Shown piece by piece: positions 47,997 through 55,420 of a stretch of 64,000 nucleotides of DNA (positions are counted from its first letter, which is position 1; every line of letters begins with the position of its first letter). This DNA is from a virus (lineage: Duplodnaviria; Caudoviricetes): positions 174,518 through 238,517 of the IMG/VR virus record IMGVR_UViG_3300003375_000001; one strand, 5' to 3'. The notes under the pieces are model-generated. The model did not search any database, had not been told where the DNA came from, and worked only from the letters and a program-made list of their open reading frames with translations. The position numbers and the translations under genes were made by a program.

Positions 47997-49241
47997 ATGA
48001 AAGATACCGTAGCTGAAAGATTGTTTAAAAACGGGGTAATAGCCCGAGGCCAGTGCCCCATAGAGGAAAAGGTCGTTACACACCTACTTAAATTAACAGG
48101 TCGTGAACTCAAACAGGCTTGCTGGCTAAAGTTACCTAAACAAGCCTTGGACTTACTATTAGCTGCTACCATAGATGCACAAACATCCTTAGGCCTGTCT
48201 AGACCGTCTACGTCACACAAAGGTATTTTAGAGGACGCGTTTGTAGCTTACCTATTAAACGACAAGATGAAGTTTAAATGCCCAGGGTGCAACCAGTTTA
48301 CGTTACCTATAGCAGAGAAAGGTACAGGCCGGTATCGTAATTCTTTTTGCACCATAGCGTGTATGAACGCGTGTGAAGAGGTAGTGAGGAGAAGGAGAGG
48401 GACATGCAAGGCACGCTATGGGTATGAAGAAGCAAACCACAACCCAGAAATAGCTGAAAGACGAAACGCAAACGTGAGAAGGGTCCAGAAGGAAAAATAC
48501 GAAGATATTCAAAGGTCAAAACGAAAAACGGCGTTAAGTAACTGGGGTGTAGAACATCACATGCACCATTCTGTATTTAGAGCAGAAACTAGCCGACGAA
48601 ACGTAGCTTTGAACACTTCAGCGTTAGGTAGAGCCGCGTACAAAAAGCGAAGTGGTTTTGACAACCCTATGCATGACCCAGCTACCCTAAAGAAAATGTT
48701 GGACACAAAAATAGCTAGGTATGGCACAACGTCTTCATCACCTCACATGAAAGGCAACAAAGGTAGGAACAACTTTAGTTCTACAGAAATGCAACAGGCG
48801 ATAAGAACGTCTGACGGGAAATTGAAAGGACGGGTGATGAAACAGCAGCTTACGGTTAAGGTAAGCTTTAGAGGGAAAGGGCTACTGGTAGGCTCAGGAT
48901 TAGAAGCCTCATTTGTTAAACGCCTAGAAGAAAACAAAAACATCAAGGCTGTAGTTCAAGGAGATAAACTCCCTACTATAAGTGTCGGCACTAAACGTTA
49001 TTTTCCTGATCTAGGGTTAATAAGCACCTCAGGAAAGAAAGCTTTAGTAGAGGTTAAGTCTCCTTTCACTTTCAAAGCAGAAGGAAGCAAGGTTATAGCT
49101 TGTGCCCTAGCTGCCGTTAAGGTAGCAAAGAAACACCAGGCTGTTTACGTCATGGCTGTGTGTGAAGGGAAGAATGAGTGGAAGACAATGGTCAACCCTA
49201 CCAAAGCACAGTTAGTAAACTACTTAGTATCCATTATGTGA
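47997..49241 (+). CDS. Free-standing putative homing endonuclease (Zn finger, YG-x repeats, TnsA-like PD-(D/E)xK domain), inverted between the intein halves
   Basis: CPGC...FCTIAC; SGLEASF...YFPDL...LVEVKS; AAGGA SD; 3' end overlaps the IntN stop by 18 nt. Confidence 0.85.
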   Translation: MKDTVAERLFKNGVIARGQCPIEEKVVTHLLKLTGRELKQACWLKLPKQALDLLLAATIDAQTSLGLSRPSTSHKGILEDAFVAYLLNDKMKFKCPGCNQFTLPIAEKGTGRYRNSFCTIACMNACEEVVRRRRGTCKARYGYEEANHNPEIAERRNANVRRVQKEKYEDIQRSKRKTALSNWGVEHHMHHSVFRAETSRRNVALNTSALGRAAYKKRSGFDNPMHDPATLKKMLDTKIARYGTTSSSPHMKGNKGRNNFSSTEMQQAIRTSDGKLKGRVMKQQLTVKVSFRGKGLLVGSGLEASFVKRLEENKNIKAVVQGDKLPTISVGTKRYFPDLGLISTSGKKALVEVKSPFTFKAEGSKVIACALAAVKVAKKHQAVYVMAVCEGKNEWKTMVNPTKAQLVNYLVSIM

Positions 49242-52200
49242 GACTACTTTCTTACCGTCTAAGTCTTCAGCCTTAGTATACAAACCGTCATCCGTTAAGA
49301 ACAAATGGTCGGGAGTACACGTTATAACCGTTCCGTCGTCTAACTCGACCTCTACTAGATCGCACGTCTCTTTTGTAATTATGGGTACAGAGAAAGTTCC
49401 CGTCATTATCTTGTTGGTATCAAAGTCTAAGAAAGGTCCTTGCCATTCCAACGCGTTCTCATGCAAGTAAGATAAAGACTGAGGACCTCGTTCTGTTTGC
49501 ACTATAGTGCTTCCGATAAAACACCCGCCAGCCGCGCTCTCTCCTTCCAGAATGAAAAGCTCACGCTCGGCAGGAGTGCAGTTAGGTGACAAGGCAGCGT
49601 TATGCTTCATGCCACCTTGTGACGCCTTGCGTAGCTTACCAATAACGTCTTTGCTTGCTTTGAACTGAGTCTTTAACTGCTTGAGGTCAAAGCACCTTTG
49701 GCATAGAGCTTCAGTTAGAGCCTTGTTTTTCTTGAAGAAGGTAGTAAACTCTGCTAGCAACGTCTCCTTAACTGGTCCGTCACCACGTTCATCAACCAGC
49801 TTTTCCTTAGTCTGGGATGCGAAGCGAGGGGAGCTCATCTTGACGTTGATAACGCCTAGCACACCGTCCTTCAATTCGTTAAGCGTAAACTCCTGGCGTT
49901 TCTTGACGAAAGGCTCAAGAGCTGCAAACATAGCAGAGAACAAGGCATTGAAGTGAACACCTCGCTCTGGGTTGGACAACCCGTTCGTGAAGGCCTGCAT
50001 ACCGCAACCGTCATAGTTGGTGAATTGAAGCACTACGTCCATCAACACGTTTGTGAAGTGAAACACAGCAGGGTCGATAGGCTTAGACTGGGTCTTTGCT
50101 ACCTGATCAACGACAAACTGCTTGGGTCCGCCAGGATGACAGATGGTTTTGTTCTTGCCTGAGTGATGCTGAATCTCAACCGTGAAGCTAGGGGTAAAGT
50201 AGCAGGCCATGTTAGCCCACTCGAAAATGAACGTACCCGGAAAAGACTTTGCAGAAAAGATGCTGGGATCTGGCTTGAAGTGAACTAGCGTGCCTTTTGT
50301 CAGAGGCTTATTACTAAAAGGGCTAGGATAGGTAGCGCCGGAAAGCTTCTTTAGCTCTTGTGTAAGCTTACCTTGCTTAAAGCCAATAGTCCACCACGCA
50401 CCCTTATAGAAAGTAGTGACATTGAAAAACGTTGACAAAAAGTTTGTGGCTTTTATGCCGATCCCGTGCGAATTGGATACTAGCACTCCAGGCTCCACAA
50501 AGAAACAGTGTTGTCCGTCCACCGTAAGGTCGTAGACCGAAACAGCTTGATTTACCTTGTAAGGCCGTACTCCAGTAATTCGGTGGTTGAAGTTATTAAC
50601 AAAGTCTTCAAGACCTTCAAAGGTTATTCCGTGCTCGTATTCAATAATGGCAAGACCAAATTTCCACTGAGGCGCACAAGAAGCCTTAACTAATGAGTAT
50701 GCTTCTTCTGTAAGAGACTTAGCTTTCTTAAGGCTAGAAACAAAGTAAGCTACCATTTTGCGCAAAGACTCGGGGGCGCGCATACGAATTTCAGCTTGCA
50801 TCATTCGAAGCTCTTGAGCTTCTTCGGACTGGTCTTCATGCAATACAAGAGGCCCACCACTCAGCAGGTGTCTTTTGAACTTTGTCAGCGTGGTATACCT
50901 ATACAACTGAGCATACCGTCCATAGATAACAGCCGAGGTTTTTGGCCTACGATTAAACTCATGAGGCGTAACCTCAGATATATCGTCAAACGTCTCCAAG
51001 TGTTCACGCCACACCTTAAGCGACTTTTGCCAGTTAGCGTTCTTGCTAAAGGTTACAGGATCTGTGCCAGTTCCATTATGTAAATCTTCGAGCTTATCTT
51101 CTGCAATAGGTGACCTTCCAACCTTTGACTTTAGTCCCAACAGGTACTCATCAACCAAGGTTACAAGGTCAGGCTTTGATATATAACGAAGAGCCTTGAG
51201 CCAGGTTATCTCACTATTCCTACGAACAGCACTATAGGTAGAAGACGTTATTTTACCAAAGCGTACTTTAGCTCTAGCTGCTATACGAATAACTTTTTGC
51301 GTATAGGACTGGTAAATAAAGTCTTCGTCTACATTTTGTGCACTAAACTTAATTGAATTATGTGCCCTTAAGTCGGCCTGTTTGACGCGAATGTGCACTT
51401 TTGCATATTTGGATCGGCTTTCTGAATGTTCTCTGTGATGATCAGACACGGTGAGGACTTTAAGGTTAGAAGGCCTATTGTCCTTCCGTATAGAGTTCTT
51501 ATGGTGTACCTCATCCACGTGAGGACGAAGTTCATACTCATGATAGTGCTGTCCTACACGCCGGTGGATATGGAACCATTTGCCTTGTTCTGTTTGATGT
51601 TGATACCCATCCCGATCTTCTTTATAGTAGGTAGACACTAAGGAAGTACCAGGCAAAAGATTCTTAGCCTGAACACCTTTTATAGCTCCACCTCTACGTG
51701 TATAGAATACATGATCAGGTGTACATCTAACCGTAGAGTCATCGTCTAGAGTAACCTCTACAAGGTTACGTGTCCGCTTCGTTAATTGGACGTGGCTGAT
51801 TTGAGAGGGTACGCACTTACCTGTGACCTTGTTATAAGTCATCAAAGGTATAGGCTGAGGGTTGTTGCACCAACGTTCGTATAACTTTTCTAGTGTTACA
51901 GTCTTTCCACTCAACAGCCGAATCTTTGTATCACCTGTGAAACACCCTCGACTAACCTCGTAAGCAGAATCCTTATCCAGCTTGCCACCTGCGTGCAACA
52001 CAGAGGTAATAACCTGCAGCCCTGGAAGCTTGTACTTGTTACCAGAGATACTGTCCGTTACCTCCATCAAGCCAGTCGGCATACCTCGTCCGTCATCGTG
52101 AACGTAGTAGCTTCCGTCTTCCGCTATCATGAAAGTAGCCTTGGTAGCATGACCGCCAAGAGCCTCGTCCACTACGTTGTCCAGGGCCTCTCGACAGATG

Positions 52201-52325
52201 GTAAATACACCCGCCGCGTCAGTAGGGCCAATGTACATACCCGCTTTAGCGCGTACGGCTTGAACAGACGTTAGCGCCTTAAGAGCACTTTCGTCATACA
52301 CTTTCTTTTGAGGTGAGGTAGCCAT
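49224..52325 (-). CDS. gyrB: Topoisomerase subunit B N-terminal part (GHKL ATPase, start of TOPRIM) with a full intein and a terminal IntN
   Basis: RAKAGMYIG, EALDNVVDE, DDGRGMP, LHAGGK, FASQTKEKL, LFILEGESAAGG|C. Confidence 0.95.
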   Translation of the reverse strand: MATSPQKKVYDESALKALTSVQAVRAKAGMYIGPTDAAGVFTICREALDNVVDEALGGHATKATFMIAEDGSYYVHDDGRGMPTGLMEVTDSISGNKYKLPGLQVITSVLHAGGKLDKDSAYEVSRGCFTGDTKIRLLSGKTVTLEKLYERWCNNPQPIPLMTYNKVTGKCVPSQISHVQLTKRTRNLVEVTLDDDSTVRCTPDHVFYTRRGGAIKGVQAKNLLPGTSLVSTYYKEDRDGYQHQTEQGKWFHIHRRVGQHYHEYELRPHVDEVHHKNSIRKDNRPSNLKVLTVSDHHREHSESRSKYAKVHIRVKQADLRAHNSIKFSAQNVDEDFIYQSYTQKVIRIAARAKVRFGKITSSTYSAVRRNSEITWLKALRYISKPDLVTLVDEYLLGLKSKVGRSPIAEDKLEDLHNGTGTDPVTFSKNANWQKSLKVWREHLETFDDISEVTPHEFNRRPKTSAVIYGRYAQLYRYTTLTKFKRHLLSGGPLVLHEDQSEEAQELRMMQAEIRMRAPESLRKMVAYFVSSLKKAKSLTEEAYSLVKASCAPQWKFGLAIIEYEHGITFEGLEDFVNNFNHRITGVRPYKVNQAVSVYDLTVDGQHCFFVEPGVLVSNSHGIGIKATNFLSTFFNVTTFYKGAWWTIGFKQGKLTQELKKLSGATYPSPFSNKPLTKGTLVHFKPDPSIFSAKSFPGTFIFEWANMACYFTPSFTVEIQHHSGKNKTICHPGGPKQFVVDQVAKTQSKPIDPAVFHFTNVLMDVVLQFTNYDGCGMQAFTNGLSNPERGVHFNALFSAMFAALEPFVKKRQEFTLNELKDGVLGVINVKMSSPRFASQTKEKLVDERGDGPVKETLLAEFTTFFKKNKALTEALCQRCFDLKQLKTQFKASKDVIGKLRKASQGGMKHNAALSPNCTPAERELFILEGESAAGGCFIGSTIVQTERGPQSLSYLHENALEWQGPFLDFDTNKIMTGTFSVPIITKETCDLVEVELDDGTVITCTPDHLFLTDDGLYTKAEDLDGKKVVSHNGY
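49227..49523 (-). mobile_element. IntN (99 aa) of naturally split intein
   Basis: CFIGSTIV...VEVELDDGTVITCTPDHLF...AEDL then stop; net charge about -11. Confidence 0.92.
50472..51944 (-). mobile_element. 491-aa intein with HNH endonuclease in the ATP-lid motif of subunit B
   Basis: EVSRG|CFTGDT...CTPDH...VHHKNSIRKDNRPSNL...VYDLTVDGQHCF...VLVSN|SHGIG. Confidence 0.93.
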
Positions 52326-52999
52326 TAGAAGTTTGACAGTAAGAAGTTGGCGAGTTCGTATGCATCGGTTCGGGACAGCTGTGACTTAAGGAACGATCTG
52401 CTAGTTCCAGTCACCCAGTCTTTACCAATCATGTCTTGAGTTTTAACAGCAAGGGTTTTAGCCCCGCCTGTGTCCTCAACAGCAAGATGTATACGGTAGG
52501 TCTTAAAGTCAAGGGCTGCTACTGTTGGAGGGGGAGGTGTGTCCTGATAGAACATACCATTGGGTATTTCCAGATCAAATACAGGGCGGATACGCCAAAG
52601 GACGTCGCCTCTGTCTGCACGTTCCTTGGCCTCGCGTCTTACACGGAGAGAGTACCTGGACATGTACTGGCTAAACTGATCTATAATCTGAGTCGCAGAC
52701 TTTTGAGCCTCTGCGTTGGGCTGGATGATATAGATAACGGTTCTGTCTTCCGTCTTACACAGAAGATCCGTCTTGCTTACGGCGTCTTCAAACTGACTAA
52801 GGATCTGAGAATATATGTCAGTCCAAGCGTGCACCTTTATCTTTTGACCTTTAAGCACGGTGTGCCTAATTATGTCCAAGCTTACAGCAGGAATCCTAGC
52901 CGTAGACAGACCGCAATCTATCATGGCTCTGTAGTCTTCCGGTGCTACCGGGTACACATGATCACGTAACGTAACAAGGTTGATTATATTGCTTGACAC
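52325..52999 (-). CDS. Hypothetical protein
   Basis: 224 aa; stop overlaps the subunit B start (TAATG). Confidence 0.72.
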   Translation of the reverse strand: MSSNIINLVTLRDHVYPVAPEDYRAMIDCGLSTARIPAVSLDIIRHTVLKGQKIKVHAWTDIYSQILSQFEDAVSKTDLLCKTEDRTVIYIIQPNAEAQKSATQIIDQFSQYMSRYSLRVRREAKERADRGDVLWRIRPVFDLEIPNGMFYQDTPPPPTVAALDFKTYRIHLAVEDTGGAKTLAVKTQDMIGKDWVTGTSRSFLKSQLSRTDAYELANFLLSNF

Positions 53000-53033
53000 G
53001 CTATTGCCTCGTAGGTTTGTATGAAATGGACAA

Positions 53034-53066
53034 AGCCAGGTAGAGGCTCATAATCTCTACCTGGCT
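53034..53066 (-). terminator. Probable terminator
   Basis: Perfect 12-bp inverted repeat AGCCAGGTAGAG. Confidence 0.7.
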
Positions 53067-53082
53067 ATAACTTAAAGAACTA

Positions 53083-53583
53083 TCAGATTGAAGAAATGCT
53101 AGACACATCCACATCCGTTGAAGCTGGTTTGACTACAGGAACTGGCGCTTTCACCAAACCCAGCTCTTGGAGAGCGTAGTCTCGGATGTCAGACTCTTGC
53201 TTGCCCAACCAAGTCAAGGCCTGGAGGAATGCGTCAGGGCCTTTCTCTTGAGCCTTGCGCAAACGGCTCACTGCAATCACCTTCATGCCAACGAATTCAA
53301 TTTGGACATGCTTGGCGGGGCAGAGAGGCATGCCGTTCGCATAATGGCACTTCTGCTTAGACCCATCGATCTCCGATTCGTCGTCGCCGGGGAACAGCGC
53401 GCTGCACTTGACGCAGTCCCCCTTATACATCTTGAGTGTCCATTTACCCGCCGCGTCTTGCGGGGGCAGCAAGGCATCTGGCAGAGGAACCGACAAGGTC
53501 TCTACGTCATCAGTATCGACTACTACAGGTGCTAGCAGTTGAGATACACCAAGCGGGTTACCGCCGGCTAGATCATTACTCAT
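53083..53583 (-). CDS. Hypothetical protein with CxxC...C...C motif
   Basis: Start MSNDL with AGGAG SD; CVKC, CHY, CPAKH. Confidence 0.75.
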   Translation of the reverse strand: MSNDLAGGNPLGVSQLLAPVVVDTDDVETLSVPLPDALLPPQDAAGKWTLKMYKGDCVKCSALFPGDDESEIDGSKQKCHYANGMPLCPAKHVQIEFVGMKVIAVSRLRKAQEKGPDAFLQALTWLGKQESDIRDYALQELGLVKAPVPVVKPASTDVDVSSISSI

Positions 53584-53669
53584 TGAAATTCTCCTGGTGA
53601 GATAACAAGGGAGGACTTGAAGTGGCTTACGTCGCAAACCGCTTACCACTTCAGTTTAACGGGAGTAGA

Positions 53670-54377
53670 TTATTCTTCCCAGTCGAAGTTGTCGTCGTCA
53701 GAGGCCTTCTTGCCTTTGGCAGGAGTTTTCTTGCCAGGCTTCTTGGCAGGAGGCTCATCTTCGTCTTCAGACTCGTCTTCTTCGTCCTCTTCTTCCTCTT
53801 CAGCTTCGTCTTCTTCGTCAGGATCCGCGCGCTTTGAGGTCTTCTTCGCAGGTGCCTTCTTCGCAGGAACTTTCTTCTTCTTAGGAGCTTCCTCTTCTTC
53901 CTCTTCAGCTTCGTCTTCTTCGTCTTCCTCTTCAGCTTCGTCTTCTTCCTCTTCTTCGTCAGGATCGGCACGCTTAGAAGTTTTCTTCGCCGGTGCCTTC
54001 TTAGCAGGCACCTTTTTCTTCTTAGGTGCTTCCTCTTCAGCTTCGTCCTCGTCTTCAGCCTCGACCTCATTGCCTTCGTCGTCAGCGATGCTGATAGTAA
54101 TGCCGCGATTTGGAGCGAACAGGATCTTGTTGTTGTCGTCAGTAACGATCAAGTACAGATCCTTTTCTTCACTCCACTTGACTGACTTGGCAGTCACGGT
54201 CCAGCTGTAGACGCCGGCGATCATCACCAGGCCCTTTGAGTCAGAGTAGGGGATTTGCTGACGGTCAACGATTTCCTCGCCGACTACGCGCATTGTTTCA
54301 AGTTCGGGATGCTTCTGGGGTGGACCCGAAACAGGACGCAGGGCAGAGAGAGTCGTGAAGGTAACCTTGTAAGACAT
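53670..54377 (-). CDS. Charge-block protein: folded N-domain plus alternating acidic and KKKKVPAKKAPAKK blocks
   Basis: ~47-aa unit duplicated at protein and DNA level; GGAG SD. Confidence 0.85.
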   Translation of the reverse strand: MSYKVTFTTLSALRPVSGPPQKHPELETMRVVGEEIVDRQQIPYSDSKGLVMIAGVYSWTVTAKSVKWSEEKDLYLIVTDDNNKILFAPNRGITISIADDEGNEVEAEDEDEAEEEAPKKKKVPAKKAPAKKTSKRADPDEEEEEDEAEEEDEEDEAEEEEEEAPKKKKVPAKKAPAKKTSKRADPDEEDEAEEEEEDEEDESEDEDEPPAKKPGKKTPAKGKKASDDDNFDWEE

Positions 54378-54401
54378 TGCTTTTTCTCCAATTGGAAATA
54401 T

Positions 54402-54447
54402 CGACTTCAGTTATTTAGCATGGACGGGGAAGTCAAACCCGGCATGC
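54402..54447 (-). promoter_or_regulatory. H-type pseudoknot in the leader of the charge-block protein gene
   Basis: S1 GCAUG-C-CGGG/CCCG-UC-CAUGC; loop UGACUUC pairs with downstream GAAGUCG; L1 2 nt, L2 0 nt, A-rich L3. Confidence 0.55.
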
Positions 54448-54620
54448 GTAGAATTAACAGTTGTAAAAACCGTCAGTTCTAATGAGTTGTTCATAGTGGA
54501 GATCCAGGAACAACTAACAGCAAATAACGTAGTAGCCGTTTACTGTTAGGTAGTTTCCTGCTCTGGTCCACTAGAACAGAGAAACTAAATTAACAGTAGA
54601 ACGAAATGACCCTAAAAAGG

Positions 54621-55280
54621 TCATTCTTCAGAGTCGGCCTTAGGCTGGCGACCGCTCGGCGGCAGTTGCAGTTCAGTAAAGGCACCGCGCAGGTTATTTG
54701 ACGCACGGCGAAGCTTACGATAGACAGGGTCGGCCTTGTCTTCGTACCACTTCCAACTAGCTTTCGCGGCGCCGGGCCTCTTGACTAAACGAGCTGCATT
54801 GGTAACGCGTGATAACACAGAGCCGTCAGCCTTCTTCACACCTGCCCGCAGAATTACCTGAAACGTCGCATTGCCAGGCAAACGACTTTGAGGATTCGCC
54901 GCCCAGGTAGCGGCCATAAGTCTTTGCATGATGGCGACAACGGTCTTTGCGTCGTACGTCAACATGTCGAAGCGTTTCGCATCTGGATTGTCCCAACGAC
55001 CACGAACCCGATTCACTGAAAACTTGGGAGACAGAAGCCCGTCTTTTGCCGTCTTGAATTTGACTTCAATGAAACACGGCTTCATGTCTTCCGGTGCTGC
55101 ATGCACCAGCAAGGCCTTCTTCTGCTCAGGGGTCAGCGGAGTGGCCTTGGCCTTCTTGGCTGCAGGCTTCTTTGCTGTACCATTGGCCTTTGCAGCAGCT
55201 CGGGCTGCTTGCATAGCCTTCATACGGTCTGACTGGCTCATGGGAGCCTTCTTTGCGGGAGCCTTCTTACTTGTAGGCAT
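54621..55280 (-). CDS. Basic protein with Lys/Ala-rich N-tail and a folded domain
   Basis: MPTSKKAPAKKAP...; FIEVKFKTAKDGLL domain. Confidence 0.8.
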   Translation of the reverse strand: MPTSKKAPAKKAPMSQSDRMKAMQAARAAAKANGTAKKPAAKKAKATPLTPEQKKALLVHAAPEDMKPCFIEVKFKTAKDGLLSPKFSVNRVRGRWDNPDAKRFDMLTYDAKTVVAIMQRLMAATWAANPQSRLPGNATFQVILRAGVKKADGSVLSRVTNAARLVKRPGAAKASWKWYEDKADPVYRKLRRASNNLRGAFTELQLPPSGRQPKADSEE

Positions 55281-55420
55281 TGGCTTTAAGGCGAGGCGCA
55301 TTTTACGTGTACTCCAAAAGATAGTGTAGAAGTGTTGAATTTGCACAGAAAATTAACAGTAACGAGTTTATCACAGATTTTCTGCGCAATTCTGAAAATG
55401 TGATGTTTTAGGGGTAAATA

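Noticed and set aside
47960-48220. 87-aa N-terminal extension of the IntC ORF in the supplied track
   Set aside because: It is antisense to the endonuclease gene; intein similarity starts only at MKMRTVTSV (47959 or 47953).
49224-49241. IntN ends in ...SHNGY, resembling an HN terminus of a complete mini-intein
   Set aside because: No block F, the following residue is Gly rather than C/S/T, and a genuine IntC exists downstream.
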